Source: a bacterium (lineage in GTDB: Bacteria; Vulcanimicrobiota; Vulcanimicrobiia; Vulcanimicrobiales; Vulcanimicrobiaceae). From it: a stretch of DNA of 38,856 nucleotides. The notes beneath the pieces are model-generated. The model was not told the origin of the DNA. It was given only the letters and a program-made list of their open reading frames with translations, and made no database searches. Below are positions 8,772 to 16,926 of this stretch, one piece after another. The position numbers and the translations under genes were made by a program. The stretch spans positions 1-38,856 of the forward strand of contig JAKAPO010000001.1 in NCBI GenBank assembly GCA_021807065.1, read 5' to 3'. Positions within the stretch are counted from its first letter, which is position 1. Each line of letters begins with the position of its first letter.

Positions 8772-9793
8772 GTGAGGGAACCCATCAACGCTTTCGTCGC
8801 GGCAAGAACGCGAGCAACGTCGAGATGCTCGATGCACGCGTACCGCGCGCCACACCGTTCCTTGGTATCGCCGGCTCTACACGGATACGAAGCACGTACG
8901 ATCGCCGCTTTCTCTCCGAGCGGCGCCCAGCGATCCGGAAAATCCGATTGGAACGGAAATATGCCGACGGTGGGGCAACCGACCGCCGCAGCTACGTGCA
9001 TGGCACCCGTCGTTATGCCGACGAACGCCCGCGCAGATTTGGCGAGCGCTCCGAACCCCCCGACACCGGTCGCTCCAGCTAGGGAGATAACTTTGCCATT
9101 GCGTGCGATGTCTCGTGCGATCGATGCCTCCTCAGTGCTACCCGTAACCGCCACCCTTACGCCGAGCTGATCCGCGAGCTCGTTCGCGAGCGCCGCCCAT
9201 CCAGCGGTCGGCCAAGCGACGCGAGATGCGATGGCGTTGCACGGATGCACGATGACGAACTCCCCGGGAGCGAGTCTGTTCCGCTCCATCATCTCGTGGA
9301 CTTCGGCCTCGTCACTCGCTTTCGGGCAAAAGCGCGGATGCCGATCCTCCGTATCGCAATCGAGAGCGCGGGCGTAATCGAGAAGGATCTGCGTCCAATG
9401 CGAGGTGACGTCACCGCGCTCGCTACGCACGACGACGCGCTTGGTGAAGAGACCCGAGTACAGGCGTCGTGCCTGCCCGACACGCACGGGGATACGCGCG
9501 CGCCGCACGATACGGGCGATGCGCGCCGTCGCCCACGTAACGATCGCCGCAGCATAGGAACGCTCCGCGAGCCGAGCGCCGAGCGTCTGTTCCTCGCCAC
9601 CTTCGTCGACGAGCACGTCGTCGAAGTCGGGAACGCGTTCGAGCGCGCCGCAATGCGACGGCAGCGTTAAGGCGTCGACCCTTCCGTACCTTTGATGCAG
9701 CGCGCGAGCGACGATCGAGGCAAACAGCGAGTCGCCGATTCCGCCGCCGGCACAGAGCACGATGGCCGCAGCATCGTTACCGTTCGAGCGCAC
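8768..9793 (-). CDS. Glycosyltransferase family 9 (heptosyltransferase-like)
   Basis: AAIVLCAGGGIGDSLFASIVARAL N-terminal motif and FVGITTGAMHVAAAVGCPTVGIF C-terminal motif. The start is uncertain. GTG 9793 is proposed, overlapping the upstream GT2 end by 17 nt. The upstream part of the track ORF is Arg/Cys-rich and looks non-coding. Confidence 0.75.
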   Translation of the reverse strand: MRSNGNDAAAIVLCAGGGIGDSLFASIVARALHQRYGRVDALTLPSHCGALERVPDFDDVLVDEGGEEQTLGARLAERSYAAAIVTWATARIARIVRRARIPVRVGQARRLYSGLFTKRVVVRSERGDVTSHWTQILLDYARALDCDTEDRHPRFCPKASDEAEVHEMMERNRLAPGEFVIVHPCNAIASRVAWPTAGWAALANELADQLGVRVAVTGSTEEASIARDIARNGKVISLAGATGVGGFGALAKSARAFVGITTGAMHVAAAVGCPTVGIFPFQSDFPDRWAPLGEKAAIVRASYPCRAGDTKERCGARYACIEHLDVARVLAATKALMGSLT

Positions 9794-10649
9794 GCGCCAA
9801 CTCGCGGGTATAGATGCCGTCCAGAAACTGTGCGCGAGCCAGAGCGCGCAAGGGCGGTGGAAGCCACGCACTGGATGCCGCGCCCGCATAGACGGCAAGC
9901 AGCGCGTCCGGAAAGAAGTACTTCCCGCGCAAGAGATTTGCCGCGTATGCACCGGTTGCAAGCCGCGCACGACGCGTCGGCCGCTTGTGCACGAACCGTG
10001 CCGCCATTTGCGCCTTCTCCATCGCCTTGCGCGTCTCGATCTCGAGCGTGTTCTCCGCGGGAGGTTTCACGTGCCAGAGGTACGTCTCCCAGGCAAAGCG
10101 ATGGTGCATGCCACGGTCTTTCAAGCGGACGCCGAGCTCGGTATCCTCCCAGCCGTAGAGCTGGAACGCCTCATCGAACCCGCCAACCTCGACGAGCGCG
10201 TATCGCGGCACCGACACGTTACACGTGCAGAAGAACGCCCTCGAATAGTTCGCAACCGAAGGGCGAGGGCGTTCCTCATAGGACGCGACGTTGAGTATGG
10301 GACCCGTCACGACCAGAGCATCGTTCGTATGGGCCGCATCGTGTGCGGCTATCCAGCCGGGAGGCACGGTGACGTCGTCGTCGCAGAATAGCACGAGCTG
10401 CCCTTCGGCGACCTCGACGCCGCGATTGCGAGCCTTCCCACGGTTCGGTTCCGGCTCGTAAACGTATCGAAGCGGAGGGCGGCGCATCTCCATCGCGCGC
10501 TCGACGATATCGCGCGTCGAATCCGTCGAACCGTTATCCACCACGACGACTTCGAAGGGGGGTGCGCCGATCTGCCCTTCGAGCGATCGCAACGCTCGCT
10601 CGAGCGCGCGGGCGCGATCTTTCGTCGCGATGAGGACGGAAATTCTCAT
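9777..10649 (-). CDS. Glycosyltransferase family 2
   Basis: MRISVLIATKDRARALERAL...VVVVDNGSTDST and LFCDDDV motifs. ATGA overlap with the stop of the upstream LpxB-like gene. Confidence 0.85.
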   Translation of the reverse strand: MRISVLIATKDRARALERALRSLEGQIGAPPFEVVVVDNGSTDSTRDIVERAMEMRRPPLRYVYEPEPNRGKARNRGVEVAEGQLVLFCDDDVTVPPGWIAAHDAAHTNDALVVTGPILNVASYEERPRPSVANYSRAFFCTCNVSVPRYALVEVGGFDEAFQLYGWEDTELGVRLKDRGMHHRFAWETYLWHVKPPAENTLEIETRKAMEKAQMAARFVHKRPTRRARLATGAYAANLLRGKYFFPDALLAVYAGAASSAWLPPPLRALARAQFLDGIYTRELARALER

Positions 10650-11869
10650 CGGCCGCTGCTCGCGAGTTCAAGCAATGCGTTCGCCATGCGGCTGGCCGCG
10701 CCGCCGTGGGACGCATAGAGCACCCGTAACCTCGCGGCACTCTCGTCGAGCCACTCACGGTCGTCGTAGCTCTGCAACGCTACGCGCGCGACGCGCCCCG
10801 GAGTGAGGGTGCCGTGCAGCTCGCGTACGATCATCTCGCCGAGGTCGATGTTCGGCTGCGTATGAAACGCGTGCTTGCGCGAAATCGAAACCGCCACGGC
10901 GCGCTTCAGATATCTACCGGCAACCGGAACGCGATCGAGATACGTGAGGGGGCCGTTAAACGTGGCTAGCTCCGCCGCGTTGAGCGGCGTGACCGCAAGT
11001 GTCGGCACGCCTACCGCGGCCAGCTCGATGCACTTGGTCCCGGGGATAGTGATTGCCAGCCGCGCTCGTCGTGCGGCCGAAATAGCGTGACGCAGCACGG
11101 CGAATCGAACGCTTCCATCGAGCGATACCAAGAACGTTCGGCCTTCTTCCTCGATCAGCCGTCCACGCTTGGAGTAGACTCGCGGATCGCCGCCGCGCTC
11201 GACCGCGTCGCGCAGTTGGCCGTTCGACGTGAACGGCGAGACGCCGAACGCGACGGGGAATCCCGGCCGCTCGCGCACGACGCGCAGCGCCATCGTAAAG
11301 AAAAACGGCACGAGATGCTCAACTTCGTACTTTCGCGAACCCGGCATCACGAGGATACCGTCGTTCGGCGCGCCGGTCTCCGGAGGAAGCTGCGCCTCGA
11401 TAAGCGCTCCATCTATTGCGAGATTGCCGACGATCGTTATGCGATCTGCCGGCGTCCCAGTCTCTCGAAGCTCTCGCGCGTTCCTTTCATCGACCGCGAA
11501 TGCCCGTGCGAACGTCGTGCGATAAGCGCGGCGGGAGAACTTGTATGTTGCGGCAACGCCGCCGAATCGGCGATGAAGGCGCGCGGCGTGCATCAGGTCA
11601 CCCCCGAGATACTGCACGACGTCGACGTCGCTTGGAAGGTCGCCACGCCGGGCGCCAAATGCAACGGCAAGATACCGTTTGGGATCGTAAACGTGTGCCT
11701 GCGGGAACAGCGCCCGGACGATCTGCGATTCCCTGCCGGTCGCGTAGTCGTCGGGAACGATGAACACATGCACGTCGCAATCCGGCGCAAGCCGATAGAG
11801 GCGCACGAGCAGCGGACGCACCCAACCGGCGACCTCCCCTGGGCCGTTTGCGGTAAGCACCAACCGCAC
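10646..11869 (-). CDS. Lipid-A-disaccharide synthase-like glycosyltransferase (GT19/LpxB-related)
   Basis: The length (about 407 aa) and pattern resemble LpxB-related proteins: VRLVLTANGPGEVAGWVRPL, ..ILVMPGSRKYEVEHL.., ..ITIPGTKCIELAAVGVPTLAV... The first in-frame canonical start after the hldC stop is GTG 11869. The upstream part of the track ORF overlaps hldC and is rejected. The family assignment was made by eye only. Confidence 0.55.
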   Translation of the reverse strand: MRLVLTANGPGEVAGWVRPLLVRLYRLAPDCDVHVFIVPDDYATGRESQIVRALFPQAHVYDPKRYLAVAFGARRGDLPSDVDVVQYLGGDLMHAARLHRRFGGVAATYKFSRRAYRTTFARAFAVDERNARELRETGTPADRITIVGNLAIDGALIEAQLPPETGAPNDGILVMPGSRKYEVEHLVPFFFTMALRVVRERPGFPVAFGVSPFTSNGQLRDAVERGGDPRVYSKRGRLIEEEGRTFLVSLDGSVRFAVLRHAISAARRARLAITIPGTKCIELAAVGVPTLAVTPLNAAELATFNGPLTYLDRVPVAGRYLKRAVAVSISRKHAFHTQPNIDLGEMIVRELHGTLTPGRVARVALQSYDDREWLDESAARLRVLYASHGGAASRMANALLELASSGR

Positions 11870-11885
11870 CTTAACGAGCCTCTGA

Positions 11886-12380
11886 TCAACCGTAACGCGC
11901 GATGATGCGCGCAATCGTTTGCGTCGTGGAAATCCCGGCAACGTGCGGTGCGAGGCGTACCTCGCCGCCGTGCTGGAGCACGACGTTTCGCTCCGGTAAC
12001 TCTTCCTCTTTATACTGCGCGCTCTTCGTGTGGATGTCCGGCCGAATCCGCTCGAGCAGCGCCTCCGGCGTCCGTTCGCCAAACCCCACGACGACGTCGA
12101 CGCTGCGCAGCGCCGCCAGCAATCGCGCCCGTTGCGCGAACGGTACGATTGGACGCTGCGGCCCCTTGATGCGCGCAACCGACGCATCGTCGTTGAGCCC
12201 CACGATGAGGGCGTCGCCCTGGGCGCGGGCCCAGGCGAGATACTCTGCATGCCCGGCGTGCAGCACGTCAAAACAGCCGTTCGTGAAGACGACGCACCTT
12301 CCGGTGGCGCGCTGTTCTTCGCGCCATGCCGCTGCGGCGTCTGCGTCGAGCAGTTTGCCGAACGGCGCTTCAGCGTTCAT
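11886..12380 (-). CDS. hldC: D-beta-D-heptose 1-phosphate adenylyltransferase (RfaE domain II as a separate protein)
   Basis: VVFTNGCFDVLHAGHAEYL (HxGH nucleotidyltransferase motif), LIVGLNDDASV, GISTTQTIARI. 164 aa cytidylyltransferase-like fold. Confidence 0.85.
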   Translation of the reverse strand: MNAEAPFGKLLDADAAAAWREEQRATGRCVVFTNGCFDVLHAGHAEYLAWARAQGDALIVGLNDDASVARIKGPQRPIVPFAQRARLLAALRSVDVVVGFGERTPEALLERIRPDIHTKSAQYKEEELPERNVVLQHGGEVRLAPHVAGISTTQTIARIIARYG

Positions 12381-13350
12381 GGGCTACGAGTGCGAGGATT
12401 TCGTCGGCAGAGGCGGTTGCAGTACCGAGCTTCTCGACGACGGCCCCGGCGGCGAAGTTGGCGAACTCGACCGCGCGCTCGATCGGGGTTGCGGCGGCGA
12501 GTGCCAGGGCGAGCACGGCGACCGCGGTATCCCCCGCGCCGCTCACGTCGTAGACCATTCTCGCCATCGAGGGAACGTCGAGTCGTATTCCTTCGGCCCC
12601 AAAGAGTGACATGCCGTGCTCTCCGCGCGTGATAACGACGTAGCGACAGCGCATGCTTTCGAGCATGCGCGAACCGGCCTCATCCAACGTCGCTTCGTCG
12701 ATGATGTCGATACCGGTCGCGTAACCGGCCTCTTGGACGTTTGGAGCAACGCACGTGACGCCAGCGAAGAGAGCGAGATTCGCCGGCTTCGGATCGGCGA
12801 TGACAATCGGGCAGCGGCGCGCCGCCTCCACGATCTCGCACGACAGCAATCCCTTCGCATAATCGCTCAGAATGACCGCGTCGCTGCGCGCGGCGCGTTC
12901 GCCTACGAAAGCGGCAACCCGTGTCCGATCGTCGGCGCGGAGCGCCGCGTTGGACTCCCAATCCGCACGCACTACTTGCTGGTTGTGGGCAACGATTCGA
13001 GTCTTGCGAGTGGTCGGCCGGTCGGCAACGGTCACGATTCCGCTGGTGTCGATCTCTTCATCTTGGAGCAGGCGACGGATTTCGTTCGCGAAAGCGTCTT
13101 CGCCGACGGCTCCGGCGATCGAGGCCCGCGCGCCCAGGGCGCGCAAATTATTTGCGACATTCCCGGCGCCGCCGAGCGTGAACGAATGGTTCGAAACCGC
13201 AACGACCGGTACCGGCGCCTCGGGAGATATGCGCGAGACGCTTCCCCAAATCCATTCGTCGAGCATGACGTCTCCCACGACGAGAACCGAGCGGCCTCGC
13301 ATGCGCTCGATCAACGCCTTCGCATCCTCGACCAGCATCGCGGTTGACAT
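12370..13350 (-). CDS. hldA: D-beta-D-heptose 7-phosphate kinase (RfaE domain I as a separate protein, PfkB family)
   Basis: VLVVGDVMLDEWIWGSVSRISPEAPVPVV, GGAGNVANNLRALG, DVSGAGDT. Start proposed at ATG 13350 (MSTAMLVED..), because the track start 13416 would overlap gmhA. The stop overlaps the hldC start by 11 nt. Confidence 0.85.
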   Translation of the reverse strand: MSTAMLVEDAKALIERMRGRSVLVVGDVMLDEWIWGSVSRISPEAPVPVVAVSNHSFTLGGAGNVANNLRALGARASIAGAVGEDAFANEIRRLLQDEEIDTSGIVTVADRPTTRKTRIVAHNQQVVRADWESNAALRADDRTRVAAFVGERAARSDAVILSDYAKGLLSCEIVEAARRCPIVIADPKPANLALFAGVTCVAPNVQEAGYATGIDIIDEATLDEAGSRMLESMRCRYVVITRGEHGMSLFGAEGIRLDVPSMARMVYDVSGAGDTAVAVLALALAAATPIERAVEFANFAAGAVVEKLGTATASADEILALVAHER

Positions 13351-13373
13351 CGTTTTAGGAGGCCTGCCTTCGT

Positions 13374-13973
13374 TCAGGAGTCGCCGAAGATCATGCGCTG
13401 TTCGACGAGATCGCACAAAATGTGCGCCATTACCTGATGCACTTCTTGCACGATCGCCGCATATCCACCCGGTCCCAGCAGTAGGAGATCGGCAACCGGT
13501 GCGACGGCGCCGCCGCCGTTGCCGGTGAAGGCAACCGCGATTGCTCCCTTACGCCGCGCCGCCTCGAGTGCGCGCACGACGTTAGGGGAATTTCCGCTCG
13601 TCGTCAACCCGATCACGACGTCACCAGGCTGCGCAAACGCCTCTACTTGGCGCGAAAAGACGTACTCATAGCCGTAGTCGTTACCGACCGCTGTCAGCGT
13701 CGACGTATTGACGGAGAGCGCTTCGCTCGCGAGTCCGGGGCGTTCTCGCAGGAAGCGTCCCGACAGCTCCGCTGCCATGTGCTGCGCCTCGGCGGCGCTG
13801 CCACCGTTACCGCACCACAACACTTTCTTGCCGGCGCGCAGCGCTTTGACGACTGCTTCGGCAATCGCCTCCACTTGCGCTCGATAGTGAGGTGCGTCGA
13901 AGATACCACGGCGGTCTGCAAGCAGCGCGTCGAAGCCGCGTCTGCCGAGGAGATTCTTCACGGCTGAATCCAA
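13374..13973 (-). CDS. gmhA: Phosphoheptose (sedoheptulose-7-phosphate) isomerase
   Basis: SIS domain motifs CGNGGSAAEAQHMAAEL and IGLTTSGNSPNV. The alternative start GTG 13961 would give a GTGA overlap with the BCCP stop. Confidence 0.9.
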   Translation of the reverse strand: MDSAVKNLLGRRGFDALLADRRGIFDAPHYRAQVEAIAEAVVKALRAGKKVLWCGNGGSAAEAQHMAAELSGRFLRERPGLASEALSVNTSTLTAVGNDYGYEYVFSRQVEAFAQPGDVVIGLTTSGNSPNVVRALEAARRKGAIAVAFTGNGGGAVAPVADLLLLGPGGYAAIVQEVHQVMAHILCDLVEQRMIFGDS

Positions 13974-14398
13974 AACAGCTCCTCGCCCTGCGAAACCAAC
14001 TCGCCGTTGCCGGGAAGAACGCGCACGACCGTTCCGGCGTAGTCGCTGCGAATCTCGTTAAAGAGCTTCATCGCCTCGAGCACGCACAGCACCTGGTCGA
14101 CCTCCACGCGGTCGCCTTCGCTAACGAACGGTTCTGCGTCCGGCGATGGCTGGCGATAGAAAACGCCGGTAAGCGGGGCGAGCACGCGCTTGACGTTCGG
14201 CGGCGGCGCGAGCGCTGCAGAGCCACCGGCTTGCGGCGTGGCAAGCGGCACGGGTACCGCGCCATTGGGGTTCGGCGCCGCCGTTTGACGCCGCACCAGC
14301 TCATAGGTGGCTTCGCCGACCTTGACCTTGATGCGATCTAGGTCGTGCTCGCGCATAACGCGCAGCAGCTCCTCGAGTGTCTGCCGCTCTTCTTCCAT
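13958..14398 (-). CDS. accB: Biotin carboxyl carrier protein (AccB-like biotinyl domain protein)
   Basis: Ala/Pro-rich linker followed by a biotinyl domain with CVLEAMKLFNEI (EAMK biotinylation motif). 146 aa. Confidence 0.8.
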   Translation of the reverse strand: MEEERQTLEELLRVMREHDLDRIKVKVGEATYELVRRQTAAPNPNGAVPVPLATPQAGGSAALAPPPNVKRVLAPLTGVFYRQPSPDAEPFVSEGDRVEVDQVLCVLEAMKLFNEIRSDYAGTVVRVLPGNGELVSQGEELFWIQP

Positions 14399-14400
14399 CC

Positions 14401-15684
14401 TCAGAGGCTCCCTCCGGTTGCTTCTACGAGCGCGTCCGCAACGTCTTTCGGACTGAGCAGCGGCAGGCGCCGATCCGTGCGGCCCTCGAGATCGCGCAAC
14501 ACCGCCTGGCCCGATGCCAGCTCCTCGCTACCGACGATCAATGCGAAGCGGGCACCGTTTCGGTCCGCGATCTTGAGGTGCGCCAACAACTTGCGCTCCT
14601 CGTAATCCATGAAGGCTGGGATCTCGGTCGCGCGTCGCAACTCGCCGACGATGGGGAGCAACGTCGCACGCGCCTGCGCTCCGAGCGCGATCGCTTGGAT
14701 GCCTGCCCTCGGCGCAGCCGCACTCCCCCTCGATGCCTCCACGACCATGAGAAAGCGCTCGATGCCGAGCGCAAAGCCAACCGCCGGCATATTCGGCCCG
14801 CCGAGCGAAGCGATCAAATCGTCGTATCGCCCGCCGCCGCAGAGAGTGCTCTGCGCGCCGAGAACGTTCGAAGAGACTTCGAAGACCGTGCGCGTGTAGT
14901 AATCGAGACCGCGTACGATGCGCCAGTCGATGGAGTACGGAATCTCGAGCAAATCCAAGTTCGCGCGCAGCGATGCAAAGTGTTCGCGGCATTCCTCGCA
15001 CAGGAAATCTTCAAAGTGCGGGGCACTGGCGACGAACCGGAGGTCGCGCTCTTCCTTACTATCGAGCAGGCGCAACGGATTTCGCTCGATGCGCCGCTGC
15101 GCTTCCTCCGACAGCTGCGCGATGTTCGGGCGAAAATGCTCGAGCAGCGCCTGCCGGTAACGCGGCCGGCACGACGCGTCGCCGATCGAGTTGATCCGTA
15201 GCGAAACTCCTTCGATGCCGTAGGCGCGTATGAGTTCCCACCCAAGCGAGATGACCTCGGCATCGGCTTCTGCGCCGCGATATCCCGTGCACTCGACGCC
15301 GAATTGATGCGATTGCCGGTACCGTCCTTTTTGTGGACGCTCGTAGCGGAAGATGGGGCCGACGTAATAGAGCCGTTGCGGCCCTCGTGCAAGCATCTGG
15401 TGCTCGAGCGCGGCGCGCACGACCGGCGCCGTCCACTCCGGCCGCAGCGTCATGCTGCGTCCGCCCTTGTCGGTGAACGTGTACATCTCTTTTTCGACGA
15501 TGTCGGTCGTTTCGCCGACGCCACGAACGAAGAGCTCCGTCGCCTCGAAGAGTGGGGTTCGTACTTCAGCGTAGCCGAACCGGCGCGCGAGCGCGTGAAT
15601 TTTCGCCTCCAGCTCCTGCCAACGAGCCGAGTGCGGGGGAATGAGATCCTGTGTTCCGCGCGGTGCGGTGATCTTCGAAGCCAT
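14401..15684 (-). CDS. hisS: Histidyl-tRNA synthetase
   Basis: APRGTQDLIP N-terminus, EKEMYTF, class II core and C-terminal anticodon-binding domain. 427 aa. Confidence 0.95.
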   Translation of the reverse strand: MASKITAPRGTQDLIPPHSARWQELEAKIHALARRFGYAEVRTPLFEATELFVRGVGETTDIVEKEMYTFTDKGGRSMTLRPEWTAPVVRAALEHQMLARGPQRLYYVGPIFRYERPQKGRYRQSHQFGVECTGYRGAEADAEVISLGWELIRAYGIEGVSLRINSIGDASCRPRYRQALLEHFRPNIAQLSEEAQRRIERNPLRLLDSKEERDLRFVASAPHFEDFLCEECREHFASLRANLDLLEIPYSIDWRIVRGLDYYTRTVFEVSSNVLGAQSTLCGGGRYDDLIASLGGPNMPAVGFALGIERFLMVVEASRGSAAAPRAGIQAIALGAQARATLLPIVGELRRATEIPAFMDYEERKLLAHLKIADRNGARFALIVGSEELASGQAVLRDLEGRTDRRLPLLSPKDVADALVEATGGSL

Positions 15685-16912
15685 GAACCCCGTGCTTATA
15701 ACGTGTTGCGTCCTTGCCGCCCTGGCATTGCTGCCGGCGCAGGCGATACGCGGCGTGCTGGCGACGGCCGCGGCCTCCCTGTTCGAAGGCGCCCCGTTTA
15801 TTCTTGCAGGAGTGCTGCTACAGACGCTCGCGGAGCGCTCTCTGTCGGGGAAGTTGCGTGCTCGGGGACGGCTCGCCGCTGCGGCACGTGCGCTCCTGTC
15901 GCGCGTACCGGCCTATCTCGGCTGTGGCTGCGCAGCCGGTCCGGGCGCGCTCTCGCTGCCTACCGGCGTCGCAACCGGCCTCGTGTTCGGCCCGATCCCG
16001 GCACTCCTCCGTTTCGGAGCCGCGCTGCTCGCCGCACGGCTCCTCCACGCTGGTCGTCGCGAGCGAGCCCCTCGTCATCCCGAGCGCGCGCGGCGCTATG
16101 CGCCCCACGGCGTGCACTTGTCATCCCGAACGAGGACGCACGAACGTGCGTCCGACGCCGAGGGAGGTGCCACGAAGCGTTGCTTGCCTGAAGAACCCTT
16201 GCTCTCGCAGCTTGCCGCACTGCTTCCGGCCGCGATTCTCGCCGGCGTGGTCATGCACGTGTTCGCCGACGTACGCTTGGATCGCGCTTCGCCTCCGCTG
16301 CAGTGGCTCGGAGGGGCGATCTTCGGCTTTGCAGCCTCACCGTGCGCGCTCGGTGTCGCCGCAATTGCCGCATCGTTTCATGCGCGCGCTCCGTTCGCTG
16401 CTGCCGGTATGCTGTGCGTCGGTGGAATATTCGACGCTCGCACGCTGCTGCGCGCGCATCACCACAAAGATGGGCACGACGTACTGGCCTATGCGCCGCT
16501 TGCGATAGCGCTCGCATGTGCGGTGCTCGCGGTCGTCCACCGCCGCAGCCAATCTCCGCCTGCGCGGATCCCATCCGCAGTCATGCTCGCCGGCGCCCTT
16601 CTCATCGCTCCACCGCCGGCGTATCACGCAACCGAGACGACACGTGCCAATCTCTTCCCCGGCGAACGCATTACCTTCGCGGGAACGCTCGTCCACGGAA
16701 TAGGCGCGGATGCGCTCGTTCGCTTCGCGATCACCTGCTGCCGCGCCGACGCAAGCCCCGTGGCTCTTCGTCTCGCAAGCCGCGTGCGCTACCCTGCCGG
16801 CGCCTGGCTGTGGGCGGATGGGATCGTCGAGCGCAGCCGAAGCGCGCTTGCATTTCGCGTCGACCGGCTCGAACGCATCGAGCCGCCAGCCGATCCCTTT
16901 ATCTACCGCTAG
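15683..16912 (+). CDS. Membrane protein: COG0701-like permease fused to a TIGR03943/DUF1980-like C-terminal domain
   Basis: Multiple hydrophobic helices (SLFEGAPFILAGVLLQTL, YLGCGCAAG.., GFAASPCALGVAAIAASF). The C-terminal soluble part has LVRFAITCCRADASPVAL, typical of the TIGR03943 partner protein. The start is uncertain: ATG 15683 abuts the hisS ATG, and in-frame GTGs lie downstream. A REP-like repeat sits in the central loop. Confidence 0.6.
   Translation: MNPVLITCCVLAALALLPAQAIRGVLATAAASLFEGAPFILAGVLLQTLAERSLSGKLRARGRLAAAARALLSRVPAYLGCGCAAGPGALSLPTGVATGLVFGPIPALLRFGAALLAARLLHAGRRERAPRHPERARRYAPHGVHLSSRTRTHERASDAEGGATKRCLPEEPLLSQLAALLPAAILAGVVMHVFADVRLDRASPPLQWLGGAIFGFAASPCALGVAAIAASFHARAPFAAAGMLCVGGIFDARTLLRAHHHKDGHDVLAYAPLAIALACAVLAVVHRRSQSPPARIPSAVMLAGALLIAPPPAYHATETTRANLFPGERITFAGTLVHGIGADALVRFAITCCRADASPVALRLASRVRYPAGAWLWADGIVERSRSALAFRVDRLERIEPPADPFIYR
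16074..16170 (+). repeat. REP-like composite repeat (two GTCATCCCGA units) embedded in-frame in the permease gene
   Basis: GTCATCCCGAGCGC at 16074 and GTCATCCCGAACGAGGACGCA at 16120. It contains a perfect hairpin GGACGCACG-AA-CGTGCGTCC (16134..16153). The same composite occurs on the minus strand at 19297..19376. Confidence 0.5.
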
Positions 16913-16926
16913 CCTGTTAGGAGGCT

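Noticed and set aside
15685-15760. A possible T-box or other leader RNA upstream of hisS, and likewise upstream of aspS at 3795+.
   Set aside because: There is no non-coding space. The region upstream of hisS is occupied by the divergent permease gene, and aspS overlaps the preceding gene. No specifier/T-box motifs were noticed.
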